A DNA stretch of 55,307 nt, the filler included, from Trypethelium eluteriae (lineage: Eukaryota): assembly GCA_051942245.1 (NCBI GenBank). It is 4 parts of 4 records of this genome, joined end to end, with 100 filler letters (N's around TTAATTAATTAA, not from the genome) between each part and the next. Parts side by side here need not be neighbours in the genome. Positions count along the whole stretch, not along the records: positions 1 to 13,774 come from JAVECL010000716.1; 3 more parts are not named here. One strand, 5' to 3'. How positions within the stretch are numbered: position 1 is the first letter of the stretch; every line of letters starts with the position of its first letter. The translations under genes were made by a program, and so were the position numbers. This document shows, one piece after another, positions 1 through 13,874 of the stretch. The notes below the pieces were generated by a model. The model ran no database searches, was not told the DNA's origin, and saw only the letters and a program-made list of their open reading frames with translations.

Positions 1-1703
1 CCGCCCCTCCATGCATCGTCCGCCCATCCGCCGCGCCCTCCTGTCTCTCCACCGCCCCCCTCCCCTGCGCCTTCGCACCACCACCAACCCTCAGCGGCGC
101 CGGCGCCGCTACGGACGACGACCCATAATTCATGGGTTCAAACGGCGGATGCGGGATCGAGTGCTCATCGCCAAACGGGTTCAGACCGGTATCTGCCGCA
201 TAGGTCGCCGGCGTGGGCAGCTCCACAGCAGCGGAGGACACGTCGTCCCGAACGCTGCTGACATTACTGACGTGGCTGACGTGGCTGTTCGCGTTGTTTG
301 CGGCAGGAGCGGTACCGTCTCGCGCCTGGAGCCGCGCCTGCAATGACGTCGGCGCTGGGCCTGGCGGCGCGTTGTATCGGTCGCTGACGGGGTAGGGGTC
401 GGTAATGTTGGTCTGGCGACCTCTGGAGGAAGTGGTGGGGAAGGTCGGACGGCGGTCTGGAGCGGCGTAGCTGACGTCAGTGGAGTCGTCAGGGTCGGTG
501 ACTGGGGGGAGTTGCGGCGCGGTGGTGGTGTTTGTGGAGGTCCCGTTTTGAGGTGGAGGATATGGACTGGTGCCGCGGGGAGTGGAGGCACCGCCGGCGC
601 GGCGGGCGGAGAGGACGGCGCGCTGGTGTTTGCTCGTACCGAGGCTGAGCTGCTCGTTGGTTTCGATGAGGGTTTGGAGGGTGTCGTGGTCTGGGGCTGG
701 GTTATCACAGTTGATATAACCTTGGATACTGCGCTGGGCGGACTGGCAGCGTTCGGCGAATTCTTTGACCAGGTCGTTAGATAGGAGATCGTCCGCGGGT
801 GTAGATTGAACGAGCTGCTGGAGGAGTTTGGCAGAGGTCTTGGCTTCTTCGACCCGGCCGGCAAGTTCCACGGGTGGTGGAAGGCCACGTGGATAGCCCC
901 CATTCCGTGCATAGTGACTGCTTCCGCCGCTAAATACCTGAGCTGGTGGAGGCGCATTGGGATCAAAGGGGGGAGCATTGAGCGTGCGAGGTACTGGTCG
1001 ACCGCCTGCAAAGCTGGCACCCAGACCCTTCTCTTTCCGCCACATTGCGAAGATGGGCTCCAAGTTCCTGTCATAAGCCTTATCTACCTCTAATCTGTCC
1101 AATGTCTCGCGCAATATTTGCTGCACACTGGGGTCTGGGCCGTCCTTTAATAGATCTCTGACTGTAGCGACAAATTTTTTGTCCATATTCTTTGTAAAGC
1201 TTGGTCCCGGGTTATCAGTCAAGATACCGATGAGCATGATGGCATTATATTGTACGTGGGGTTTGCTGAAGTTGTCTCGACCGAGGAATTTTCGTATTTG
1301 ATATGCAGCGGCGCCAGCCGCTTGTGGACTTGACTCGGCATTCTCGACAATGACAGGCAAGTGAAGAACTTCCTCTCCCTAGGATTACGATTAGTTCTGG
1401 AGATCTTAAGTTGGGGGTGGGAAACAAACACACCGGATTGCTAGCAGAGCCGGACTCGCAGAATAGCCTCTGTAGGGAGCCAACTTATTAGATGCTATTG
1501 ATCTCACAATAGTACAATATTCGCGCGACTGACCACAGCTCGACCTGCGTTTGCATCTGGAGAGTCCACCCCGGGGTCTGCGCCGTTACCCTGGCCTAGA
1601 TGGTATTTAGAGATTGCAGCAAGTGTATCACATGGACTCACGTACTATCGCGTCTAGTCAGCAGACCAGTAAATTTCTTATTTATGCTCTTGACGCTCTG
1701 CAT
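1..1703 (-). CDS. VHS/GAT-domain membrane-trafficking adaptor protein (Lsb5/Tom1-like), 3' end runs off the window
   Basis: Manually spliced from ATG at 1703 (MQSVKSINKKFTGLLTRRDST) through three short GT..AG introns into a long frame not listed in the ORF track: GEEVLHLPVIVENAESSPQAA..KPHVQYNAIML..DPSVQQILRETL (VHS-like), LPPPVELAGRVEEAKTSAKLLQQL..NDLVKEFAERCQSAQRSIQGYI..DTLQTLIETNEQL (GAT-like), Pro-rich tail with an NPF motif; no stop before base 1. Confidence 0.8.
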
Positions 1704-2117
1704 ATTGTGTATTGGATATCTGAAACGCGGTCTCTGAGGTAGTTGAGCTGGAGGGTATAGAAAGAAACGGCGAAGTCTTGCTACCGGTCGCGCGCAGTCG
1801 CGAAGATGGAGTACGAAGAGACACAAAGAATCAAACAACCTTGCAGCAGAGGATAGAATCTGCTCTGGCCGTGTTTCTTGGCCAGCATTATGGACAGAGG
1901 CGTGTTCGACAAGCGATGGGGCGAAGGATGCTAAGCCGCTGAGCCTCACTGGTGGATGCTGCGACGCGTCCGTGCCAAGAGATCTTCACTATCATCCCAC
2001 CATCCCGCACCCAAGCCAAGCCACTATGCTTTGCATGAAGGAACGTTTCTTTCTTTAGCTATATCGTTACTCGGATACATAAGGCATGTTCACTAGTGTC
2101 TCAGTGCCACATCAGCA

Positions 2118-5041
2118 TCATTCTGATCCACCCATTGGCGTATCCTCGTCATCGTCCAATGGCACGCTTGCCTGGCGTTCAGCCTGCTTACTTCCTACAT
2201 TCAAAATTCGGAAACGCCGTTTGTCCTCTTCAAGCACGCACACAACTTCGCGGTCCTTTCTGCCATTGATTGCTAGAGTGACTGCATCGAAATGCTCACG
2301 ACGCGGCCAAGCATGCAAAACGTATTGTTCGAAATTTTCTCGTTTCCGAAGATCGATGGCGGCCCTAGCATACTGAGCACGGCCGCTGGGGAGCAGCATT
2401 GTCCGAATATCTCGTCGAGAATCGTTACTGGGGTTCGCACTAGGATCGGATAAGGCGGTAGAGATGAGTTTGCTGTAGGGGATACTAAACAGGTAAGTAA
2501 CATCTACGGCGGTCAGCATTTTTTGAGAAAGTATGGGAATTGGGCTACCTTTGAGGGTGCGGAAGAGCACCATAATAAACTGATCATCGAAAAACTTGAC
2601 ATCTTTGACCCTCCCCCTCGGCATCCACACACGGACAAAATCAGGCACTTGAACGGTCTTTACCATGTTATCGATCTCGTTGGCATGCTTGACGCGATGA
2701 ATGCGCACTGTCGAGGCCTTAGTCTTGGGCTTCTACTTTGTGATACTCTTACTCACCTTCTCCTCGCCATTCCTCCCGGACGATGGCGACGTATGTTGAG
2801 TATTGTTCCGCTTCGTGTATTTGCTATGATTCCTGTTGTCTTAGCATGGCAGTACTTTGTATAAGCACAAGGAAATACCTCATAAACCATCCTCATGTCC
2901 GCTACTGAGGCTTTGCCAGTGTCCTCCAATATAAGTCCTTCTGGCATCGAGGCCATCTGCAATTGCCATCCCCCAATTCTACCAGTCGCCTCTTTAATTC
3001 TCTCTTCCAATCTAGCGCAAAAAAAGGTGAACGGCAATTCCCCGTCGTTTGAAGCGTCTTGCCTCCCCCTAATCGCCTCAATGATGTCAGCGACTTCGTC
3101 AGGTGTCTTGTCGACACCTCCGAGGTCACTGATAGGACCCCCAACATACTCCTGATGCGCCTCAGTCCAATGTTTCCAGAAGAATCCAAGTTTCTCATGT
3201 TTCAATTCGCTCTCGATGAATTTAAAGACCCGAGCGTAGTCGATGCTGGCACCTTGGTCTGCAGCCTCTTCCGAATCGACACCAGATTCAGACTTCTGCC
3301 AACCGATTTGGAGCTTGAGCCAGGCCGAAAAAGCAAGGAATTGACGCCGTTCCTCGACCGCGTAATTAAGGCTCTCGTGTACGATGAGCCGTAATGAGTG
3401 AAGATTTTCCAATACAAGGGTGAATCGGTCAGGATCCAGATTGAATTTTTCATTTGAATCGTGGTAGCTGGCTAGCCCTCGCAGTGCGCATGCTATGATA
3501 TTAGCCCGTTCTATTCCAGGCAAAAGGTTTTCGTGAAGAGCGTCGATAAATTTCTCGTATGCCGAGTTCACTTCTTGCTCCCAGCGTTTGTGGCCCTATT
3601 TTAAGTGGTGAGCATATTATCTAAGCAAGATCTCATCACTTGTGCTATACCTGCTCACCAACATCATCCATTATCCATTCTTTAACCCAATCTCCACAGT
3701 AGCCGGTGGCTGCTAGTTGGTACAGAAGCTCACTCCCCGACATTCGCTCGTCTTCAAACGCCTTTTCGTTAAGCAGATTCATCAGGGTACGGCTTCTCTC
3801 CAGAGTATCTTGGTATAGACGACAAGAGATTCGGCCAACTCGCTCGAGATAGTAGTATAAATTCTGGAGCTGCATGACTCTTGACGCTATCAACTGCATT
3901 GCCGTTCCAGCCGAATGTATGGCACTGAGGTTAAGAGGAACAAGAGCCAATTTAGTAGAGGAAGTATCATCTTCGTGAGTGGAGGTCGACTGAGCTGCGC
4001 CCTTCGTTTTGTCGAGGGGCGACGCTTCCACCAGGAGCATATGTGTACAAGAAAAGGGATGGGAGACAACAAGAATAGCTTTATAACTAGAGAATTTCTC
4101 TCTGTGCGGGAGATCAAGGTACCCGAGATTCATAGCATCATATATAATTGGCTTGACTCTGCCATCAGTGGAGCAAATGATGAGAGTATTTACAGTATTC
4201 AAGTTCTCGGCTGGCTCAGACTGGTATACCGCGTCAAGTGAAGCTTGTGATGTAATGACTCCGTCCATTACGCTGTCAAGGAGCGCATTTGTGAGCCTGG
4301 GGTCCTCTCTCGAGGCGACTGGAGGAACCCCGAGTCTGGGAAAGAATTTCTCGGCATCAAGGACAGCGAGGCGCTCCGGAAGCTGGGGGTCCATGACCGG
4401 TCGTTGGTGGTCATCCAGCCGGTCAATTATATCATTAAGGGATAGATGGATAGGCTGCTCGTCCCAATTGTCCGTATTGAGCTCGGTTGTGCCATCATTA
4501 GCAGTCTGGGGCTGGTCTTCCGTTTTCGCTTTCACCACCGCTGGATCAACGAAACCGATGTTCCAGCCGAGACATGACGGTATCCCTGGCTTTTCCGTCC
4601 CTAGAAAATCGTGAAATTCAAATTGGACTGGGTCATATGCGCAACTCCACATAGTCTGGGTAGCAGCATTTAGCAAAATTTTGCCGGTATCTGTTGATAA
4701 AATTTCCACAACGTCGTTGTTCCAAGCTATAGCAAGGCACTTCCCTATTTTTTGTCAGTCGAGTTTGATCGCAATTGAGGATAGCCGCAATCCATGTTTA
4801 TGGAAGAAATTATCGTACCATCAAATTTCCAGCAGAGACATTGGACCTTTACCTGGTCATTTAGGCGTTTCTTGCTGAAAGCCAGTTGTCCGTCGAAGCG
4901 GTACACATTGACAGATTCATGCTGATCGGCTATAGCGACAAGTTTCAACGTCGGGCAGAGCGTTATCAATTGGTCCTTTACAAGAGCTTGTGAAGCCCAA
5001 ACGCCATGAGCCTGTAGGCTCGCTGACCGTTGATTCTCCAT
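2118..5041 (-). CDS. APC4: Anaphase-promoting complex subunit 4 (Apc4/Cut20), multi-exon
   Basis: ORFs 4745-5041, 3645-4709, 2753-3571 and 2118-2708 are collinear and separated by introns. N-terminal WD40 motif LCPTLKLVAIA..VNVYRFDGQ..LCWKFDG; core LYQLAATGYCGDWVKEWIMDDVGEQ/GHKRW..LHENLLPGIERANIIACALRGLASY is typical of fungal Apc4. Confidence 0.88.
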
Positions 5042-5687
5042 CAGGGCCGTCCTGTGTGATACGTGACATTGTTTGAAGCAATGAAGTGGTCAAGAGCGAA
5101 AGCAAGACCAAGTCGTGACAGAAGCTGCTTCGGTGGTGGCTTCCAGGTCGACCGCTGTAACGTCGGATCTCACTTCCGAAGCCTGCATCCCTCATCGCGG
5201 TCTTGACGCGCATTCACGTGCCGGCAGCTACACATTAGGAGGTAGGTACCCAGATCCCTGGGAGAGCCATTCTGAAATGAGTGATTCGACATTTATTTCA
5301 CTAAACTTGAGATAGATAGCTTAATCAATTTCCTATGAAGAAGCCTAGTTCAGGACCCTCCACGAAGGAGACTGATGAAAATCGATTCCAGTGAGGGTCA
5401 TTTTGGGAAGTATCATGCTAGTACAGATCAAGTGAGCGCATGAGTCTACGTGCATCATTGACTACTTCTAAGTTTCAGGCGTTCACTCTGATTATTCTAT
5501 AATGCAGCGATACCTGCTATTTTAGCATAACATCCTCCTGGTACAGTCTTCTCTCATTCGTCAAAGACAGTGGCGGTGTCTGCCTGCTCTCAAGAGCGAC
5601 GTATCACAGATGTAAGAATGATTCTTCTGGTCACAGGTTCATGAGCCTCCAATGCTCTTCATGTTACCATTCAGGCAAAGTCACGGC

Positions 5688-7339
5688 TCAAACTATTTGA
5701 TAACCGTCCGCAACAGACTTCACATCCTTGGAGAAGGAGATATCTTCACCCATGCTTAACAACGTAATGGAGGAGATCTGGATCAGTCATTAGCAGCGGG
5801 GAGAAGCTTGAGGATCTGTCACGCTTACGTCGACATCGACAAAAGGTTTCGACTTTGTGAAGCGCACTGTCATCGGAAAGAATTCTGCGTCGCTTTCTGC
5901 CTGGGTTTCGAACTCAAAAGAGCCGTTAGGATTTTCGTCGTCCACGCCCCCTATTGTCCAATCAATGCTATCACCAGAAACTTCATAAACAGCGTCAAAG
6001 CTCGACACCGAAGGCTCACTCGTAGCATAGGGGATAGTAACGGTTACGTCCGATAACGGATCTCCACCTGTCAGTTCGTACTCGACAGTGATGTTATAAT
6101 TGCTATCGCCTGAGTTGTTGACCCAGACTGTGAATGTAATGGGAGGGTCGCCGGCCTCACCAGCTTTGGCAGCCAATCTCCATCTCATTACACCGATAGC
6201 ATTGTTGGTCGGGAAACCCTTGGATGGATCGGTAAGTTGGATTATGCGAGAATCACGAAACAACCCCTTGTCGACTTTAGGGTGGGCGCTGAGCTGGGCA
6301 CCTTTGCTATTGCCAACACCAAGGTGGAGCTTCACCTGCGCAAGCGAGGGGTCCGATATCCGGAGCTGTAGGTCTCCTTTGACCTCGAAATTTTCCAGAG
6401 ACCCTTCTCGACTCAGCCTCGCAGATATGGCTTCTGCAATGGTTACGTGAACCGCTTCTCTGTCTAACGAGGTGGATGCTCGTGCAGCGGTAGCGGGCGT
6501 CTTTGGAGCAGCAGCTGGGGCGTTCGTAACTAGCGGAGCCTCCGCTTCTGCCTCCGGACCCAAGTCTCCTTTGACCTGTTCAAACATACCGCCAGTCTTT
6601 GATTTCTTCCCAAGTTGCATGCCCTTGCCTCTCGTTGGCATCGGCTTGTTGTATGTCTTGTTCTTTTCCGCATTATAGGAGTCGTAGCTATCTTGCATCG
6701 AAGGCTGCGGCGGAGGGGTATAGGTAGGATAGGTCGGCGTTCTTGCCATTGAGTTACGACCGCTACGGGCCATTTCTTTGCGCTGCATTTCCAACTGTCG
6801 GGCCTTCCGCTTGCGCTCCTCGCTTGCCTCCAACTCCTTGTTTCTTGCGATGATTTCTTGGATTCTCTCCTCATGACTCTCCATGTCCAGGAATGTCTTG
6901 ATTTGGCTCAGGGTAAGGTTTTCCCTGTAGCCTAAAGTGACTAGTTCGTCAAATGCACTCAGAAGTTCGAAGGCATTCCGCAGGATCTCTCGTTCGTCCA
7001 AACTTTTGCATATGCTTGAAACGACCTGCGCGAACAGGTGCAAAGAGTCTATATCTTGTAGAATATTCGATTGGCGATTTGTGATGAGGACCATGTAGAG
7101 TTCATCAAGTGGCTGGTAAACGAAGCGAACATTCTCCTGCTCAACCGTGGTGTGCTGCTGACCTGAGTCTGCGAGTTTGGGGAAAGAAGCTAGCAGTCCT
7201 TCAATTCGAGATCTCTGCATCTCTCGAAATTGCCGCGAAAGCACGGCTTTGCCGCCTCGCGTACATATCGAAGCTGCAAGCACAACCTACGAAGACATAA
7301 GCTAGAATTTGTGGTGCTGTGACAAGTTGGACGCACCAT
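5688..7339 (-). CDS. RET2: Coatomer (COPI) subunit delta
   Basis: ATG(7339)|intron|VVLAASICTRGGKAVLSRQFREM..QHTTVEQENVRFVYQPLDELYMVLITNRQSNILQDIDSLHL (longin domain), then a mu-homology domain; final short exon ISSITLL..VADGYQIV* ends at 5688. Confidence 0.96.
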
Positions 7340-7498
7340 TCTGCAGAAATTCGAATTAGATAAATCAGCGACTCCAATTGAGATGAGAAATCTTCCGATC
7401 CGCCCGGAACGACGGCGTGAATTTTGAGACTGCTGGCCGCAAAAAAGATATTCACAATTGCTTCAAGACGGGTCAAGTGAAACGTCGCCAGTCATCAT

Positions 7499-7517
7499 AT
7501 CACGTGACCTGCACGTG
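7499..7517. promoter_or_regulatory. Two adjacent CACGTG E-boxes (ATCACGTGAC..GCACGTG) in the divergent promoter between coatomer delta and the DUF2420 gene
   Basis: CACGTG at 7501-7506 and 7512-7517; the first matches the RTCACGTG bHLH (Cbf1-type) consensus. Function is inferred only. Confidence 0.45.
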
Positions 7518-7924
7518 TGATGTGCGGGTGAGCATCCGAAAGCAGTCGTGCTCATTTCCGCGCCATCCTCACTTTCATTAAATTACCTACTTCGTACTGC
7601 AAACGGTCGCGTTCCTTCACCCCACCCCACAGAACTTCGCACGTTCTTCCTTAGTTTCTCTATCTCCTTGCTCTTACTGCTACCTCATGACGGCCTCTTG
7701 CCTAGCAAAGTACTGGGGTCTTACTTAGAGAATGCGACCGCCCTGTTCTAGCAGACCTTGAGACACTTACAGGACTTACGCGACCTTCGCGCGAAGTCAA
7801 GCAAGAACGCAAGAGTGAAAGCTTGGCCAGATACTGCAGACCTACTGTTTTTCTTGTTGAGCCGATCCCCCGATTTCTTGACCATACCTTCATCGCCATA
7901 ATCAGCCAGCTTGTGACCGATACC

Positions 7925-10480
7925 ATGGCTCAGCCAACGCCTGGCTTGGAGATCACTGGTCCTGACGATACAATGGAGCTCACCTCAGAGCTCGGTGCAT
8001 ACACCCAGGATGACATCGACATCGACATCGACCTGACTGGTAGCGGCATGAAGAGCCCTTCACATTACGATGACTACATGATCGAAGACTACAAAAGTGA
8101 GATTGATATGGATACTAACCTGATCACAAACGACTTGAATCAAGATGACGACATCATGGCAGATGACAGCAAAGTGCAAGATAATATTGCTGCTGCCAGT
8201 ACTGTTGTTCCCGACGAGGAGTTGCGAGACATCAGTGATCTGGGTCAAGATGATTTCGGAGCTGCGGCTGATGAAATTGAACCTGAGCATCCTGAATCCG
8301 CGCACAACGACCTAACCCAACAGTACGATGTCACTACTGCCGAACCCAACCCGCCTGTGAATACTAACATCAATGATACCAACCAAGAAGACGATTTGCT
8401 AGACTTCAGTGATGAGGACGAAGAAGACATCATTGCACAGCCAGCAGGTCCTTCCACTTCTGGCCAAGTTCAAGCTCAGCAAGCTTCTGAAGATGAAGCG
8501 ACTACGACGTTGGCCGCGGGCCCGGTTGGTGAGTCGCCACCCCTTGAGGGCTCTGTACCGATTAGGGATCATCAAATAGATCCCAGGGACTCGCGTCAAC
8601 ATGCCGAAGTGGTTTCATCATATAGCGGCAATGACGTGCTAGGCAAACGGTCGCCTGGTGAGGGTAGTAAAGACGATGATCCCCACTATGACACGCGTCG
8701 CAGTTCCCCGTCAAAGCTGCCATCCTTAGAAACAGCAGCCACTGGTGATCAAGTTATTCAGCACGATCCTAATGCACAGTCAGGCCGTGACGATGATCAA
8801 GCAACAGGACAACCCGATTTTTATGAGGAAAATCATGCCACAGATACGGAGAAGAGCCACGCTGAAGAATTGCTCGGAGCGGATTACCGTGCATATGAAG
8901 ATTACAATTCTGGCGAACTGAACGCGGTTGCTGATCATCCCGCGGACGAACAGGACGCGTATGCTGAAGAACTCGAAGGGGATGCCGAAGATTTTGAGGA
9001 CGCTGACGAAGATGCGGACGAGGATGAGGGTGATGATGAGGGTGAGGATGAGGGTGAAGAAGATGCCTACGTACTGTCAGAGAACGGAAAATGGTCTTCT
9101 AAACCTCTGCCAATCCCAGTCATCATTCAATATGATGGGGGCGAGTACTCACTTTTTCAATCCAGTGCTGAAAAATACAACCACGAGTTCTTCCTGCGAG
9201 ACGACTCCCATGCAGATAGCTCTTTGTCGACACTTCTTGGAGCATGTCATAACTTGCTTGGAGAGACTATACCCCACGAATGCGAGTTAGTCATGGAAAT
9301 CCAGGCTCTTGGTCTTCGCGCGTATGAGGTGGGTCGACTCGAGTTTTCCATGGCTTTGCCAATTATTGCTGACTTCATCTAGAGCTGTCTCGGCTGTACA
9401 TACACTACGTTACGAGAGGTGATGGATACGTACGTAACGCTGATGAGAAACGACGGAGTGGAGGATCCAGAGCCGATACACGCGACCCTTTTCCTTGAGT
9501 TTCATTTCAAGAGACGCTTGCAGCGTTTGATACAAGCTGCAAAAGATGGCACAGGATTCTCAAAAATGGCCGTTCAAGTTTCAGAGTCTTGTGACGAAAA
9601 TGCGACTGCACAGGATACAGAAGATGCCGACCAAACAGGTCATGGTCATGGCCAGAGTCAGACTAAAGACCATAGTCAGACGGGTGTTTTGCAGTTTTAT
9701 CAATCTCCAGAAGGGGCTAAAGAACATGTACAGGGTGACGAAAATCACCAGACGCATGGCTCAGAGATCGCCAAGGACAGTGTAGATTCGCCAGCGGAGA
9801 TTGGTGACGTCTCAAGTAACAAAACTGCAGCCGCTCCAGACGACAATTCTCTCAAGGTCGAAGTCGACGCATCAAATCAACTCAATGCGGAATCAGATCT
9901 GAATGCTACCCAGAATCTATCTAATGAAGAGGGAGAGACTGCTGGCCCCGTGCACCAGGATAGAGGCCAGAGTCAACCTCAGGACTCACAACTCGCAGCC
10001 GATGAGCAGTTTGGATACGACCTAGGAGCGACCCCTGGAAGCGCTACTGGATCTGGAGATCTTCCCGCCGGAGAACAAGCCGCCCAGGAACCTACTGGAG
10101 AGCAAGACGAGCTGACTGGCGATCTGGACTTTGACTTTGACGGTACCGAAGAATACCAGCACACGACAGGGACGCTCGGTTTAGATGCCGGAAACGAGAT
10201 TGACGAGGACTTCTCCTGGCTCGATGAGGACATTACTGCAGTCGAAGGACGTGGTCACGAAACCGATACGGGGATAAAAGACAATGGTGCCGACGAGATC
10301 TTCGATGAGATCGATTTCGAAGAAGGAGATGAGCTGCTAGAAGTTTCAAACGGCGAAGCCGCCAAAACGACGACTCAGGCAGCATCTTCGAAGTTGCAAC
10401 CTAAGCGCTCGTGGGATGAACAAAATGCAGACTCCTTGGAAGATACTGAGGAACACGACCCTAAGAGAGTCCGCTCTTAA
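7925..10480 (+). CDS. Highly acidic, mostly disordered protein with a central DUF2420 (Rmr1-like) domain
   Basis: ATG 7925; ORFs 7823-9382 and 9419-10480 are joined by a ~52-nt intron (GTGGGT..GCTGAC..TAG). Folded segment PVIIQYDGGEYSLF..FFLRD..LSTLLGACHNLLGETIPHECELVMEIQALGL resembles DUF2420; C-terminal basic NLS-like PKRSW..PKRVRS. Confidence 0.7.
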
Positions 10481-12020
10481 AGCCTTGTAGCAAAGGCGTC
10501 AGTATTTCCCTCCTTTCCCCGAGCTTACTGAACGGATCAAAAATTCTACGGCGAGTCCTACCTATGGACCCGTCCGTCGACGTTGTGTGGACTTCCGAAG
10601 TCACCGCTGTAGCCCCTTTGGCGTTTTCAGCTGTGTCTTCTCAACCAGGGCATCCATCTGGACTGGATCGATGCGCCCTCTTCTTTGACCTTCCCACCCC
10701 ATTTTATCCATCTTTACCATCTTTTGGCGCTTTCGCTCGCCTTTCCCCGTTTGACATGTCGCGAGATTTACTAACAGCATATAGATACTCTCACGTAGTC
10801 GGCGTAAGTATTCAGTATCTTTACTAACCGCTTGACAGCCGCCATAGAATACATACGAAGTCAAGTGAACGCGCCTACACATCATTGTACACTACTTGAC
10901 GGTGACTTGCACCTGGAGCTGGGTGTTTCGGTCATGGGAATGGAATTCATACGACCGGACAGAAAGGAGTTGAGGTGATTTTCTTTTGTAAAAAAAAAAA
11001 GGAATAAAGGGAAAGGTGGTAATGGGGTTCGGCGAAATCATAATGGCGATGGGATGGGGCATTTTCCACCCGAGAGTTTCCTTTATCTTTTTCCCCCTTT
11101 GCGGCGGACACTTTGCTTGATTACCTTGGCCATGTCGTATTACCTCTGGCAAGAAGAGGCACAAGAGTTCACACTCTTCTTCCTGGTAATGACACACTTT
11201 TCCTCGTGCGCCGAGGAAAGGATGCGCTCGGGCTGATGTAACATGGCGCAAAGAACAACTCTCTTCCCTGGGAGTGACAGTAGTTTTATGAGCAACCAAC
11301 TAGATTCCTTCTTTCTCTCAAATACGATACGCGAAGAATCAAACATGACCATGAAACGCGTGAACGGTGCCGGGTTTATCGAAGAGGAGTCGGAAGGGGT
11401 CGAGAAGCAAAAATACGAAACGGGTTCTGACTGGAGCCTCTGTAGAGCGGCGGCGGCGGTGCCATATCCAGCCTAGCATTGGCCGGTGCCGCGTACCTGA
11501 GCCTCAGCAGAACGTAGAATGCCGGCCCCTGCTCCTGCCGCGCCTGTGACCAGAACCACTGCCAGCACCATCAAACACTTTCTACCTCCTCCCGTAATCG
11601 TCCTGTCCCATATTCTTGCCCTGCTCCACTATTGCTGCTCATCTGATTCCGCCAATCGCCCACCTCTCACCGTCGAACGCCTTGACTCAGCTTTGTCCCG
11701 ACTACAGCCAATAACCTATCTCTGAGGACCCTGAACCTTTCGTCCCTCGAAACGGATCGCACACATCGATAGCTCGCTACCTACTCCTGCTCGCCGCGCA
11801 TCTCTGACGATTGAACTCTCCACACTCGTTTGTTCAAGGGAAAGAAGCTTCTGTTGCGCCATATATCAGCGATTCTCCTCAAGGCACCCCAGTATTACAC
11901 GATCACCCGGTAGACGAGCTCGTCCACGTCAGCCTTCCGGTTAAAGTCGCGGCACCACCGCTGACCATACCATCTCCCCATTTTCTTTTGCTTCAGAGGA
12001 CCAGATGAATAATCGGTGAA

Positions 12021-13774
12021 ATGGTGGAAGACAAGTATGTAGCCCGACAGACTTCACCTACGCCGATTAATCCGCAGCGACAATTAAGAAGAGAGATATT
12101 CAGAAAGAGCAAGGCTAACTCGGGAATCGCACAGATACATTGGGTTGGCATTGGCGATTCTATCTTCATTAGCAATTGGTATGTTGGGGAAATTCACGAG
12201 ATGATTCTGTATAATCCCATGCGCTAACCGGTCTTATTCTTAGGATCAAGTTTCGTTATTACAAAAAAGGTCCGTTTCCCACTGTTTAGCCTAGTAGAAA
12301 GCCACAAACCTCTATTGCAACATTGAAGGAATTTGAGCAAACCATTGACGCAACATCAGGGTCTTAATGAGGCAAATGAACGGCTTGGATTCGAGGGTGA
12401 TGGATTCACATATCTACAGAGTCCGACATGGTGGGGAGGAATGGTAACAAGTATGGATCTCCAAGGACCAATGTCTTTAGTGAACTTCTAACAGAATTTG
12501 TAGTGGTCGTTGGTGAAGCCGCCAATTTTGCAGCATACGCTTTTGCGCCAGCGATTCTGGTCACCCCTTTGGGTGCCCTAAGTGTTTTAATAGGGTATAT
12601 CAACCCGAGAACCTAATCTCAAGCGCGTCAGCTAATGCAATTCTCAGGGCGGTACTAGGCTCATATTTCCTCAATGAGCGATTAGGCACATTAGGCAAAC
12701 TTGGATGCGCAATATGCTTAATTGGATCTATCATAATTGTCCTCCATGCTCCGCCAGATAAAGATGTCGAAACAATTGACGATATCCTCAAATATGCTAT
12801 TAAAATTCGTAAGCTTCAAAAACAAGCCGTTAGCATTCGATGATCCACTCTGACCCTGTTTCTAGCTTTTCTACTCTACGCCGGCATCATCACCGCCTTT
12901 GCAGTCGTGATGATCTACAAAATCGCACCCGTGTACGGACGAAGAAACCCCCTAATATATCTCTCGGTCTGCTCCACGGTCGGATCAGTTTCTGTCATGG
13001 CCATCAAGGCCTTCGGTATCGCCGTCAAGCTCACCTTCGCCGGCAACAACCAATTTACCCACCCCAGCACCTACGTCTTCGCTATTGTCGTGGTCGTCTG
13101 CATTCTCACACAAATGAACTATTTCAACAAAGCTCTCTCGCAATTTAATACAAATATGTACGTATCTTCCTCCCCGTCCCCGCCTACTTACCTAGATCCA
13201 TTCCCTTCTATACCCTCATCCCATACCCGCTGCTAACCCAACATCCCCTCTCTCCAGCGTCAACCCCCTCTACTACGTCACCTTCACGACCTTCACCCTC
13301 CTCGCCTCCTTCATCCTCTTCCGTGGCTTCAACACCACCTCCCCCATCAACACCATCTCGCTGCTCTCAGGCTTCCTCGTCATCTTCGCAGGCGTCTACC
13401 TTCTCAATCTCTCGCGGGAAGACCCGGAAGGGACGTCGCTCTCGACCAAGCACGCCTCGAAATACAACGACGACGCCATCCCCACCGACCCCATCGCGGG
13501 CATCGGCACCCGCCGCTCCATGCAGGCCCGCCGCTCCGTCGACTCCGCCCGTCTGAGCTCTAGCTTCGGACGTGAGAGTAGCGGCCTCATGCACAGCTAC
13601 GACATGGAGGCGCAGCGCCACGGTCGCCATTCCCGCAGCCATTCGGCGGCGAGCAGCATCGGGGGCAGTCTGAGGGGCAGTCGCGAGTTTGTGGGCTTGG
13701 GCGATGTGCCGGAGGATAGCGATGAGGATGCGGTGAGCGCGAATAAGCGGACGAGCTTTGATGAGGAGGATAGG
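12021..13774 (+). CDS. NIPA-family magnesium transporter (DUF803), truncated by the contig end
   Basis: Spliced [115 protein letters not shown]; many short introns; frame open up to the N run. Confidence 0.93.
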
Positions 13775-13874
13775 NNNNNNNNNNNNNNNNNNNNNNNNNN
13801 NNNNNNNNNNNNNNNNNNTTAATTAATTAANNNNNNNNNNNNNNNNNNNNNNNNNNNNNNNNNNNNNNNNNNNN
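13775..13874. other. Artificial contig spacer N44-TTAATTAATTAA-N44
   Basis: Exactly 100 bp with the six-frame-stop linker at 13819-13830; identical to the other two gaps. Confidence 0.97.

Noticed and set aside
181..1074. 297-aa Pro/Ser/Thr-rich ORF in the ORF track
   Set aside because: Alternative frame of the real VHS/GAT gene, whose own frame is unlisted because it has no stop inside the window.
13819..13830. TTAATTAATTAA repeated three times at ~13.9-kb spacing, resembling a periodic element or piggyBac TTAA sites
   Set aside because: Always centred in N runs of identical length; it is a synthetic six-frame-stop linker, and the spacing reflects size-sorted contigs.
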